Shown: positions 23,355 to 32,751 of the stretch, piece after piece | How the letters are laid out: every line of letters starts with the position of its first letter | Numbering within the stretch: the stretch's first letter is position 1 | From: Candidatus Gastranaerophilales bacterium | GTDB taxonomy: Bacteria > Cyanobacteriota > Vampirovibrionia > Gastranaerophilales > Gastranaerophilaceae | Direction: 5' to 3' | Assembly: GCA_944323735.1 (NCBI GenBank) | Contig: CALUTO010000006.1 | Coordinates: forward strand, 8,000 to 71,999 | DNA: 64,000 nt | Translations under genes and position numbers: made by a program | The notes under the pieces: generated by a model | The model's input: the letters and a program-made list of their open reading frames with translations, nothing else | What the model was told of the DNA's origin: nothing | The model's database searches: none

Positions 23355-24329
23355 ATGAAAAATATATTATTTGTAATAGATGAAATAGAGCTGAAATACT
23401 TTGAATTTAACAGGCTTGTAACAAATTTCTGGCTTATAAAAGAATTTCTTGACAGGAATTTTGATGTCTCAATTACTACAAAGAGCAGACTGTTAATAGA
23501 AAATGTATGCGCCAAAACGCTTTGCTTTGAAGCTTTTGTGAAAAATAATGATATATTTTTCAAAAAGGAGGAACGGAAAAAAATTATAAATGACTTTGAT
23601 GTAGTCTTTTTCAGACCGGATCCGCCTGTCGATATTGATTACATCAATGCGTGTTATGTTTTTGACTTTGTTGATAAAGAAAAGACTCTTGTTATTAACG
23701 ACCCTTCCTCCGTAAAAAACTTTAATGAAAAGCTTCATTTGAATTACTTTCCTGAATTTGCGCCGAAAAATATTGTCACTTCGTCAATTGATGAAATAAG
23801 AAATTTTGTCAGAGAAAATGAAGAAGCAATAATAAAACCGCTGAACAGATGTTTCGGCAGCGGAGTATTTTACCTCAAAAACGGGGATAAAAATGAAAAT
23901 TCTATTATTTCAAATATAACTGACAACGGTAAAACACTGGTTATGGTGCAGAAATATCTTGATAAAGCAGCAGCGGGAGACAAAAGAGTTCTTATTCTGG
24001 GCGGGCACGTTTTTGATGAATGTATAACAAAACTTCCCGGAAAAAATGATTTTAAGTTTAATACTCATAGTGCAGAATTTTTCAGACCTGCAGAGCTAAG
24101 TCCTGAAGAAAAAAGTGAAGCTCTTGTTATAGCTTCACGACTCAATAAAATGGGCTTGTATATGGCAGGGCTGGATGTGATTGACGGGTATGTTATTGAA
24201 ATAAATGTAACAAGCCCCTGTTATTTTATAGAAGAAATAAATACTTGCAATAATATCTGCTTTCAGGACATATTAATGGATAAACTCCTTTCCTTTATTT
24301 CTTACAAAACACCGGTAAAAATATGCTAA
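23355..24329 (+). CDS. gshB: glutathione synthetase (prokaryotic ATP-grasp type)
   Basis: 324 aa. N-domain plus ATP-grasp wording IIKPLNRCFGSGVF, MVQKYL..GDKRVLILGG, AGLDVI..YVIEINVTSP. Confidence 0.75.
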   Translation: MKNILFVIDEIELKYFEFNRLVTNFWLIKEFLDRNFDVSITTKSRLLIENVCAKTLCFEAFVKNNDIFFKKEERKKIINDFDVVFFRPDPPVDIDYINACYVFDFVDKEKTLVINDPSSVKNFNEKLHLNYFPEFAPKNIVTSSIDEIRNFVRENEEAIIKPLNRCFGSGVFYLKNGDKNENSIISNITDNGKTLVMVQKYLDKAAAGDKRVLILGGHVFDECITKLPGKNDFKFNTHSAEFFRPAELSPEEKSEALVIASRLNKMGLYMAGLDVIDGYVIEINVTSPCYFIEEINTCNNICFQDILMDKLLSFISYKTPVKIC

Positions 24330-25663
24330 AAAATCCAGTTGAAAATAATTTAATATTGGAAAAATCCCAGCTGACCGAACAGTTTTTTTCAGGTTGTAAA
24401 CAGGATAAGAAAATAGGTATTGAATTTGAAAAAATACCTGTTTATGAGAAAAATTTAAATGCAGTTAAATACGAAGATATTGTCAGATTAATGCTGCAGT
24501 ACAACAACGGTAGTTGGTCAGGTATATTTGACAGCAAAAGTTTGATAGGAATGTCTGCACAGGACAGGCATATTACTCTTGAGCCGGGTTCTCAGTTTGA
24601 ACTCAGCTTAAACCCTGTTGAAAAAATTACAGACCTGCAAAAGATAATTGATAAATACAATACAGATACGGCAAATCTCGGTGAAAACCTGGGAATAAGC
24701 TGGCTCGGGTACGGCATACAGCCGCTTTCTACGTGGAAAAATATAAATATTATCCCTAAAAAACGTTATGCGCTGATGAGTAAATATCTTCCGCAAGTTG
24801 CTTCAAAGCCGCTTGTAATGATGAGAGAAACTGCAGGAATACAGGTGGGTATGGATTATTCCGATGAACCGGACGCTATGAGAAAATTCAGGCTTGCGCT
24901 AAAACTTTCTCCGGTTATATCGGCAGTGTTTTCTAATTCGCCGGTAAGAAACGGGAGACTCACAAAATATAAGTCCTACAGAGCCCTGAGCTGGCTAAGC
25001 ACGGACAATTCCCGCTGCGGTCTCGTATCATCAAAGCTTTTCAGAAAGAACAGCGATTTTTCCTTTAGTGATTATGCCTCTGTCCTGCTGGATGTGCCCA
25101 TGATTTTTATTGAACGCCCTCTTGAATCAACAGGTGCAATACCCGTTCAAAATCTTACCTTCCGTAATTATTTAAAAAGCGGTTATCTCGGGTTTAATGC
25201 TACTGTTGAGGATTGGGAGCTGCATTCGAGTCTGTATTTCCCTGATGTCAGGCTGAAATCATATCTTGAAATCCGAAATCATGATAACCAGAGAAAGGAC
25301 ATGATTTATGCAATTCCTGCCTTCTGGAAAGGTATACTATATGACACTGATGCAATGAATGCGGTTGAATCACTTTTTGAGAATTTTACTTACAGTGATT
25401 TTCAATATATCAGGCATAAAGCTCCAAAATACGGGCTTGATTTTTCTGTTAAAAGCGTTAAACTTTCAGAGCTTGCTAAAGAAATTCTTAACATTTCGTA
25501 TTTTAGTTTAAACAATCAAAATGATGGCGAAGCGGATTTCCTTCAGCCGGCAATAGAGCTTGTAAATAAGGGCTTGACGCCTGCAGATGTGATTATTAAT
25601 AAATGGCAAAATGAGTGGAAAAATAAACTGACATCTCTGGTTTTGCATACTAAATTGTCTTAA
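24323..25663 (+). CDS. gshA: glutamate--cysteine ligase, GCS2 (plant/cyanobacterial) type
   Basis: 446 aa. ITLEPGSQFELS and YLEIRNHD wording of the GCS2 family. Overlaps gshB by 7 nt. Confidence 0.75.
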   Translation: MLKNPVENNLILEKSQLTEQFFSGCKQDKKIGIEFEKIPVYEKNLNAVKYEDIVRLMLQYNNGSWSGIFDSKSLIGMSAQDRHITLEPGSQFELSLNPVEKITDLQKIIDKYNTDTANLGENLGISWLGYGIQPLSTWKNINIIPKKRYALMSKYLPQVASKPLVMMRETAGIQVGMDYSDEPDAMRKFRLALKLSPVISAVFSNSPVRNGRLTKYKSYRALSWLSTDNSRCGLVSSKLFRKNSDFSFSDYASVLLDVPMIFIERPLESTGAIPVQNLTFRNYLKSGYLGFNATVEDWELHSSLYFPDVRLKSYLEIRNHDNQRKDMIYAIPAFWKGILYDTDAMNAVESLFENFTYSDFQYIRHKAPKYGLDFSVKSVKLSELAKEILNISYFSLNNQNDGEADFLQPAIELVNKGLTPADVIINKWQNEWKNKLTSLVLHTKLS

Positions 25664-25794
25664 ATGTAAACTACTCCTCTAAAGAGGATAGAATTTATAT
25701 AAAAAAGTGATATAATGTAATATATATGTATGATAAAAATTTAAACTGTTGTGCATATAATATTAAATAAAAATTGTAATAGAGGTAACGGATT

Positions 25795-27219
25795 ATGACT
25801 ATACAATTTACAGGTGTCGGTTCAGGACTGCCGATTAGCGATTGGATTGATGCACTGGTCGGACTGAAACAGGATGATATTGATGTTCTGACAGAGGAGC
25901 AAAAAGTACTTCAGGAAAAGTCGAATACTCTTAACACTCTTAAGTCGACTTATAATTCAGTAAAAACTTCTACTATGAAGCTTACTGACTCTTTATTCGG
26001 CCCGGCTTCCGATATATTTTCAAAGGTTCAGGTCAGTACTTCTGACGAAAGTATTGTCGAGTGTACGGTAACGCAGGTCGCAACTCCGTCAAAACTTACT
26101 CTGGAAGTGGACAGGCTTGCTACAAAAGCTCAGAAAAAGACTTATCAGAATGACGTTTTTAAAGACAGTTCGAAAAAACTTTCAGAACTCGGAGATGTAA
26201 AATCAGGAAGTTTTACTATAAACGGTGCGGTTATTTCAGTTAGTCCGGATATGACTGTAGACGGGTTAATCTATGCGATAAATAACTCTGCAGATGCAAA
26301 AGTAAATGCATATCTGGAAAACGGACAAATTGTACTCGAAAGCACCGAGTACGGAGACCATCCGATTGAAGTAATAGAAACAAATTCAAACTTTGTTCAC
26401 CTTGCCGGTCTTGATGATCAGACAGAGGCATATAACATCGAAGGTATGACTGCTAAATTTAAAATAAACGGTGAAGAAAGAGAAGCTAATTCAAATAAAC
26501 TGGATAGCACAAACACCGGTGTTGTCGGTTTAACAGTAAACTTACTTTCTGTAACGGAGCCTGATGCTCCTGTCACTATTCAGATTGCACGTGATTTTAG
26601 TGCTGATGATGTTTTGTCTGCTGTTGAAAGTTTTGTTACTGCATATAATAAAGCAATTAAAGATACAGATACGGCAACAGAAGCCGGAACCGGACAGCTT
26701 TCCGGCGAAACCTCACTTATTTACATAAGAAACCAGCTCAGGACAATTACCTCTGATACAATATTGCCAAACGGTGTATATAAATCTCTGGCTGATATTG
26801 GTATTACAACAGGTGCACCGGGGCTTGATGTCGATGCTGATACAACCCAGCTTGTTATTGATGAGGAAAAATTCCTTGAGGCATTTACTGCTAATCCGAC
26901 AGCTGTTAAAGAACTATTAATAGGTTCAAATACTGATACTAATAATGTGACTGAAGGATTTATGCAAAGATTGCAGGACAAACTGGACACTGCTCTTGAT
27001 ACGCAAAGCGGATACTTTAATGCACGTTCGGAATCGCTTTCCAGCCAGATTAGCAATATGGCTGACAGAATTGCCAAAAAAGAGGATCAGCTGCTTTTGT
27101 ATCAGGAACAAATTACAAACCAGTTCACATATATGGACCAGCAGATTGCTCAAATGAATGCACAGTTTACTCAAATGCAGCAGCAGTTGTCAAGTATCGG
27201 TATAAATATGGGCAGCTAA
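25795..27219 (+). CDS. fliD: flagellar filament capping protein FliD (hook-associated protein 2)
   Basis: 474 aa. N-terminus FTGVGSGLPISDWIDALV followed by heptad region. C-terminal SLSSQISNMADRIAKKEDQLLLYQEQITNQFTYMDQQIAQMNAQ matches the FliD_C pattern. Confidence 0.8.
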   Translation: MTIQFTGVGSGLPISDWIDALVGLKQDDIDVLTEEQKVLQEKSNTLNTLKSTYNSVKTSTMKLTDSLFGPASDIFSKVQVSTSDESIVECTVTQVATPSKLTLEVDRLATKAQKKTYQNDVFKDSSKKLSELGDVKSGSFTINGAVISVSPDMTVDGLIYAINNSADAKVNAYLENGQIVLESTEYGDHPIEVIETNSNFVHLAGLDDQTEAYNIEGMTAKFKINGEEREANSNKLDSTNTGVVGLTVNLLSVTEPDAPVTIQIARDFSADDVLSAVESFVTAYNKAIKDTDTATEAGTGQLSGETSLIYIRNQLRTITSDTILPNGVYKSLADIGITTGAPGLDVDADTTQLVIDEEKFLEAFTANPTAVKELLIGSNTDTNNVTEGFMQRLQDKLDTALDTQSGYFNARSESLSSQISNMADRIAKKEDQLLLYQEQITNQFTYMDQQIAQMNAQFTQMQQQLSSIGINMGS

Positions 27220-27246
27220 GCACATAAAAAACAATAAATAATTAAT

Positions 27247-27275
27247 AAAAGACCGGATAATTGTCCGGTCTTTTT
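27247..27275. terminator. bidirectional terminator between fliD and dnaX
   Basis: AAAAGACCGGA-taattg-TCCGGTCTTTTT. Confidence 0.8.
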
Positions 27276-29121
27276 AGTCTATAATTTTTCCGTTGAATAC
27301 ATCAAGTATCATTTTTGCCTGATCCGAATAATCTGCCGGAGAAATCTTTTTTTCTTTTGGCTTTAGCGTTTCTTCAAGATATTCCGCATTTTCTTTTTCT
27401 TCATCTGCTTGCGTTCGGACAGATTTTACTTCATTTTTTTTTTCAAAATTAACGACCGGTTTTGCTGCCTCCATTTCTTCATGAGAGCCGAGCCTGATTG
27501 TAATTTTTATATCCGGTACCGAGAAAAATGCCAGTGCCGCTTTTTTCAGAGGCATCAGTTTTGACTCTTCTTTTGCCTGACGTACAAATATATCTTTTCC
27601 GAAAACGACAGTTATTTCCTCCGGTGTAATTGTGACGGGCTTAGAGAGGTTGTAGAAGAACATTCTGGAGGGTACGCTTTCTATGTTCTGCAGTACTCCC
27701 TGCCAGTTTGCCGCAGTATCGCCGGAAGGTGCGTGTTGTAGTGCGGACTCAACTGCTTCTTCTCTTTCTTCGTGGATAGCTTCACGTGGTTCTTTGATTT
27801 CCGGCGGAGCAGGATTTTCATCTGATATTTTGGTTTTTTGTACGGCAGGTGCTGTTTTTTGTTCTTTGATTTGCTGCGGTGCATCAGCAATCCGGTTGTA
27901 TTTTACCGGCGCAGAACTCATTACCGCCGGCATCGGTTGGGAACTGCCGGCCTCAAGCTGTTCTACTCTTTCTATTAGCTGTGCAAAGGAGGCATATTTT
28001 GTATTGGAGGAAAGCTCCATTATACAAAGCTCAAGCCATAAATATCTGTTGGTTGTTTCTTTGATTTCTTTAGAATAGAAGGACAGACGCTCAATTATAT
28101 ATATCATTTGTTCAATTTCAATATTTTGTGCCTGTTCTTTTAGCTTTTTAATGTTCTGTTCGCTTAGTTGTGTGAGTTCTATTGCTATATTTAAGTCCGT
28201 GCAATTCTTTACGACCAGCATATTCCTGAAAAACTGAATAAGATTTGTTATAATTTGAAGAGGTTCATTTCCCTTGTTGTAAATTTTATCAAGAATTATC
28301 AGTGAATTTTGTGTATCAGAATTTAAAATGCAGCTGCCGATTTCAAATAGTACATCATATGACAGGCGTCCCAGAAGCTCGTTTACATCATCCGGAGAAA
28401 TTTGTTTTTCTGTGTCAGCTACACTGATTTGATCCAGCAGCGCAAGGGAATCTCTCATTCCTCCTGCCGAGCTTCTTGCAATAGTGTTTAGTGCTTCGTC
28501 GGAAATGTTTATATTTTCCTGTTCGGAAATGTATTTTAATCGTTTTACAATATCGTCGTTTGTAATCCTTCGAAAATCAAAACGCTGGCATCTTGATATT
28601 ATTGTGTCAAGTACTTTGTGGGGTTCTGTGGTTGCAAGAATGAAAATTACATTTTCAGGCGGTTCTTCAAGTGTCTTTAAGAGGGTATTAAACGCCTCTG
28701 TCGTGAGCATGTGCACTTCATCTATGATGTATATTTTATAACGTCCGTGTACGGGTACAAACTGTATTTTTTCCAGAATATTTCTGGCATCCTCAACTTT
28801 TCTGTTGCTTGCCGCATCTATTTCTATTACATCAATCGGGTTTGAATTTATTATGTCCAAACAACTCGGGCACTTTCCGCACGGGGTTAATGTGGGCCCC
28901 TGTTCGCAGTTAAGTGATTTTGCCAGTATTCTGGCTGACGAGGTTTTTCCGGTACCTCTTGGCCCGCACAGCAGATACGCATGGGCAATTTTTCCGAGTT
29001 TTATAGCGTTGCTGAAGGCTTTTACAATATTTTCCTGCCCGATTAAATCCAAAAAAGTCTGCGGACGGTATTTTCTGTATAACGGTAAGTATCTTTCTGT
29101 CAAATTTTTGCTCCAAACCAC
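27274..29121 (-). CDS. dnaX: DNA polymerase III subunit gamma/tau
   Basis: 615 aa. GPRGTGKTS Walker A, zinc module CGKCPSCLDI, IYIIDEVHML, SRC motif IISRCQRF. Confidence 0.95.
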   Translation of the reverse strand: MVWSKNLTERYLPLYRKYRPQTFLDLIGQENIVKAFSNAIKLGKIAHAYLLCGPRGTGKTSSARILAKSLNCEQGPTLTPCGKCPSCLDIINSNPIDVIEIDAASNRKVEDARNILEKIQFVPVHGRYKIYIIDEVHMLTTEAFNTLLKTLEEPPENVIFILATTEPHKVLDTIISRCQRFDFRRITNDDIVKRLKYISEQENINISDEALNTIARSSAGGMRDSLALLDQISVADTEKQISPDDVNELLGRLSYDVLFEIGSCILNSDTQNSLIILDKIYNKGNEPLQIITNLIQFFRNMLVVKNCTDLNIAIELTQLSEQNIKKLKEQAQNIEIEQMIYIIERLSFYSKEIKETTNRYLWLELCIMELSSNTKYASFAQLIERVEQLEAGSSQPMPAVMSSAPVKYNRIADAPQQIKEQKTAPAVQKTKISDENPAPPEIKEPREAIHEEREEAVESALQHAPSGDTAANWQGVLQNIESVPSRMFFYNLSKPVTITPEEITVVFGKDIFVRQAKEESKLMPLKKAALAFFSVPDIKITIRLGSHEEMEAAKPVVNFEKKNEVKSVRTQADEEKENAEYLEETLKPKEKKISPADYSDQAKMILDVFNGKIID

Positions 29122-29179
29122 CTGATATATTATAATTATAAAGTAAATTTTTTAAAAAGAACGCAGATATTAAGAAAAT

Positions 29180-30064
29180 ATGAATTTAATTAAACCTGAA
29201 AATCTAAAACCCGGCTCTACCATTGCTTTTGTCTCAGTTGCCGGTGAAATACACGAAAATAATACACTTGAAAATGCAAAAATTTATTTTGAAAAAAAAG
29301 GATATAAGGTGAAAATATTTGCGCCTGAGAATAACTGTGCATATCTCGGCGGAACAGATAATGAGCGGCTATCTGCGTTACATAGTGCATTTTTGGACCC
29401 TGATACAGATGCGCTGATTGCTATGCGTGGCGGTTACGGCAGTCTGCGCTTGTTAAATAATATCGACTGGCAGCTTATAAAAAGTAATCCAAAAATTTTT
29501 GCCGGCTATTCTGATATCACAGCACTGCTGCTTATGATTTATAAAAAGTCCGGACTTATTACTTTCCATGCACCTATGGTGTGTTCTGATTTTGGAGACG
29601 GTATTACTAAATTTACGGAGAATAATTTCTTTAAAACTCTGTGCAGCGGTTTTGACAGTGCTGAATTGACAGGCTCTTACAACGGCAATAGTGCATACGG
29701 TACACTCTGGGGCGGCAATCTTTCGACGGTTGTTTCTCTTTGCGGACAGGATTTTCTGCCGGAGGAAAAGTTTATTATGTTTTGCGAAGATATAAATGAG
29801 CCTGTGTATAAAATAGACAGAGTGTTTACGCAGCTTGGAAATATCCAAAAATTCAGACAGAACATTGCCGCTCTTGTGATTGGTGATTTCAGCTGGCTTG
29901 ATGACAGGGATATGTTTATTGAATATATAAAACAACTCGCACTCTCTCTTAATATTCCTTTGTTTTTCGGACTAAAATCCGGACATGAAAAAGATAAGCT
30001 GACACTGCCCGTTGGTGTCCGCATGAAAATAGAAAATCTTGTTTTAATGTCAGATGAATATTAA
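29180..30064 (+). CDS. ldcA: LD-carboxypeptidase (peptidase S66, LdcA/MccF family)
   Basis: 294 aa. ALIAMRGGYGS, nucleophile motif FAGYSDITAL, C-terminal SGHE. Confidence 0.8.
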   Translation: MNLIKPENLKPGSTIAFVSVAGEIHENNTLENAKIYFEKKGYKVKIFAPENNCAYLGGTDNERLSALHSAFLDPDTDALIAMRGGYGSLRLLNNIDWQLIKSNPKIFAGYSDITALLLMIYKKSGLITFHAPMVCSDFGDGITKFTENNFFKTLCSGFDSAELTGSYNGNSAYGTLWGGNLSTVVSLCGQDFLPEEKFIMFCEDINEPVYKIDRVFTQLGNIQKFRQNIAALVIGDFSWLDDRDMFIEYIKQLALSLNIPLFFGLKSGHEKDKLTLPVGVRMKIENLVLMSDEY

Positions 30065-31919
30065 AATGCTTAAAGTTTTTGAAAAACCTGCCGATATAGA
30101 AGTTATGGAAAATTTTATAAATAAAATTAAATCAAAATTTAATACGCCTGAATTGCCGGACAATGGGAATGTTGTGCCAAAAAATGACACTATAAAGACG
30201 GATAGTGTCTTTTTGAGGGAAGATATAGACTTTCAAAATGAGGATACAATAATAAAACAAAAAACGTCCGAGGAATTGATTATAGAAGAATTAAAAAGAA
30301 CCCGTGCGCAAAAAAAATCCGAAATCACCCCCGAACAAGAACAATTAAGAAAAAAACTTTTAAAAGAGACCGGCAGAGAATTTTCTCAGGAATCTCTTGA
30401 TTTACTTGAAGGAATAACGGCGGAAAAAATTCAACTGGCAAAAAAAATTATAAACATTGACAGGGAACAAACACTTTCTGAAAATGATCTGACTTTTTTG
30501 CTTTTGGCTGATGATATTTCTGAAAATGATTTGCCAAAACTGGAAAAACTCATAAATATGAAAGAAAGAGAATTCGGATTTTCCGCTTCAGAGCTTTGTC
30601 TTCTCTCAAAACTTTCTGATGAAGAAATTGAACGGGTGCGGGAGCTGTCCTCTGTGCCGGACAGAATGGCTAAATTTAATGCAAAAGAACTTTCACTTCT
30701 TGTGAAAATGCCTGAAAATGTACTGGATAGCATACTACAAAAAAATCCTGATATTCTTATTGAAAAAATCAGCAGTGATTGCCTGTCTTTTGAAACATAC
30801 AACAGTGATGAAACAAGAATATATGAAATATTTGATACAAAATTGAAAAAGTTTGTTGAAAAACAAACGGTTGAGATAAACGGAGACAAAATCACAGAAA
30901 CAATAGAAAATACGCAAAATAATATTAAGCAAAAAATAGTCTCAGACAGGTATAACAGCGTAATCGAGGATGAGCAGATTTTTCGTTATGACAAAAACGG
31001 TGAACTGCTTTCTGTCGAGCATCTGAGGAAAAATGACGGAATTGTCGGTCAAAATGCCAGCCTTACAGACAAAAACGGAAAAATTTATCCTTTGCAGCGG
31101 GAAAACTTTGACAATGAAACAGGTATAAAAAGTGTAGAAAAAAACTTTACTTCGCCGGATGGTACAAGAACAGAATACTTCTATGAAGAAATGCCGGACG
31201 GCAGCAGAATTTCCGAATATAAAATAATTGATTCAAGCGGAAATGTTTTGCTGAATGAGCATACGACTTTTGCTTCCGTAAATGGAGATAAAAACAGATT
31301 TGTGTCCTCACGTAACGGGTTTGTCTATGAAATAGAACACAGGAATGACAGAATAATAGTCACTGACAAAACTAAAAACAGGACTGCGGAAATTGATATA
31401 AATAAACTAACCGGTTCAAAACCAGAAAATTTTGTAGAGGTTTTGAAACAGCTTTCCGGTGATTATCTTATGCGGATAGCTGAAAATCCTATTAAATTGG
31501 AAGAAGCAGAATTTGACCCCGGACTCTGGGGCAATGAAAGCAAAGTGCTATATCTCGGTGTTTCTGAGTGGTTTAGCGGAGATGAAGAAAAATTTTCTGT
31601 TTTTCTGCATGAACTGGGGCATTATATTGATACTGAAAAAATAGGTGATGATTTTGGCATATATTCAGGAAACAGAGAGCTTAGAGAGATATTTGAAAAA
31701 GAAATTGAAAATTTCAAGAAGCATTCTACTACAAAACAGCAGATGTTTATAGATTATTTTATCGGTGACAGAGGTAAAAGTTCTGCAGCCGAAACATTTG
31801 CTGAGTCCAATATGCTGTTATCAACTCCATATTCAACAAGAAGAGCATATTATCTGCAGCAGAACTTTCCTCGAACAATAGCGAAAATTGCAGAGCTTAT
31901 AAAATCAGATTTGCAGTAA
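30054..31919 (+). CDS. multidomain protein: tandem helical repeats, YD-like repeats, C-terminal anthrax-lethal-factor-like (peptidase M34/ATLF) zincin domain
   Basis: 621 aa. HELGH at 31608-31622 followed by SSAAETFAES. The pattern HExGHxxD...EIFEKE...AETFAE...QQNFPRT parallels anthrax LF (HEFGHAVD...DIFKEE...AEFFAEAF...QKNAPKT) as I recall it. No signal peptide seen. Confidence 0.7.
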   Translation: MNIKMLKVFEKPADIEVMENFINKIKSKFNTPELPDNGNVVPKNDTIKTDSVFLREDIDFQNEDTIIKQKTSEELIIEELKRTRAQKKSEITPEQEQLRKKLLKETGREFSQESLDLLEGITAEKIQLAKKIINIDREQTLSENDLTFLLLADDISENDLPKLEKLINMKEREFGFSASELCLLSKLSDEEIERVRELSSVPDRMAKFNAKELSLLVKMPENVLDSILQKNPDILIEKISSDCLSFETYNSDETRIYEIFDTKLKKFVEKQTVEINGDKITETIENTQNNIKQKIVSDRYNSVIEDEQIFRYDKNGELLSVEHLRKNDGIVGQNASLTDKNGKIYPLQRENFDNETGIKSVEKNFTSPDGTRTEYFYEEMPDGSRISEYKIIDSSGNVLLNEHTTFASVNGDKNRFVSSRNGFVYEIEHRNDRIIVTDKTKNRTAEIDINKLTGSKPENFVEVLKQLSGDYLMRIAENPIKLEEAEFDPGLWGNESKVLYLGVSEWFSGDEEKFSVFLHELGHYIDTEKIGDDFGIYSGNRELREIFEKEIENFKKHSTTKQQMFIDYFIGDRGKSSAAETFAESNMLLSTPYSTRRAYYLQQNFPRTIAKIAELIKSDLQ

Positions 31920-31936
31920 GTGCCTTTAATATTGCT

Positions 31937-31975
31937 CCTGTATATCAAAGAAATCCGCCCTCTTTGATATACAGG
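31937..31975. repeat. 15-bp perfect inverted repeat (hairpin) between convergent genes
   Basis: CCTGTATATCAAAGA-aatccgccc-TCTTTGATATACAGG; no T-tract on either side. Confidence 0.85.
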
Positions 31976-31993
31976 GCGTTATAGTGTAAGATT

Positions 31994-32533
31994 TTAGTCG
32001 TCTGTATCAAGAATAGGCAGTGTTATAACATACCTGTCTTTAATTTTTTCTTTCTTTATTGCAAGTGAATCTATTTTTTCCGGCAGAACAAAAGTCTGAG
32101 AGAAGGTGTATAAATCTTTTCTGTTATGTCTGTCTTTGTATTTTATTCCGCTTACTGTGACTTTCTTTCCGTCCGCCTTTACATCAACGTTGTTAATATT
32201 GTTATCAAAAGGCTTCAGGTCAATTATGATTTTATAAACATTTTCATCTTTAAATGATTCAACTGACACCGGATCGTTTTCGTTGAATGCGGTCTGAAAT
32301 CCGACGGGTATTTTGTTAAAGTCTTGAAATACTCTGTCCTGTTCCCTGAGAATTCTGTCAAGATTATCCATCCGGTATGGAATACCGTAAGAATGTCTTA
32401 TCTGATCCATTATATAGTAGGTTGCAAAAAATACACCCAGAAAAACGGCAAGTGCAATGAATGCAAATTTTATCCAGTGCTCTTCATTGCATCTGCATTC
32501 TTTTGAGTTTGTACTGTTCTGATTTTCGTCCAT
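31994..32533 (-). CDS. membrane-anchored Hsp20/alpha-crystallin-like protein
   Basis: 179 aa. TM helix WIKFAFIALAVFLGVFFATYYIM. C-terminal ACD-like wording YKIIIDLKPF, VDVKADGKKVTVSG, FSQTFVLPEKID, YVITLP. Confidence 0.6.
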   Translation of the reverse strand: MDENQNSTNSKECRCNEEHWIKFAFIALAVFLGVFFATYYIMDQIRHSYGIPYRMDNLDRILREQDRVFQDFNKIPVGFQTAFNENDPVSVESFKDENVYKIIIDLKPFDNNINNVDVKADGKKVTVSGIKYKDRHNRKDLYTFSQTFVLPEKIDSLAIKKEKIKDRYVITLPILDTDD

Positions 32534-32694
32534 GGCTTCTTCTCCTGTTTTGTCTTTTCTAAAATAATGTTTAACTTTTTTTTATCAAAGAATAATGATT
32601 TTTAAATTGTCCTGTTAAGCACACATAGAGTATAAAAATTTTTGTTAATAATTTTGTAGAAATATAAACTTTAGGGATATTTTTGTGATTTTAA

Positions 32695-32703
32695 TGCTAT
32701 AAT
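32695..32703 (+). promoter_or_regulatory. extended -10 promoter element upstream of skp-like gene
   Basis: TGcTATAAT about 50 nt upstream of the ATG at 32752. AT-rich context, so chance occurrence is possible. Confidence 0.35.
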
Positions 32704-32751
32704 CTTTTTACATAATGAGTTTGTACTTTAGTTTATAGAAAGGGTATTAAT

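Noticed and set aside
27434-27443. A10 run (minus strand) in dnaX as a programmed frameshift site for the gamma subunit
   Set aside because: It lies at about codon 560 of 615, far downstream of where gamma/tau frameshifting occurs. There is no downstream stem-loop, and it simply encodes EKKNE.
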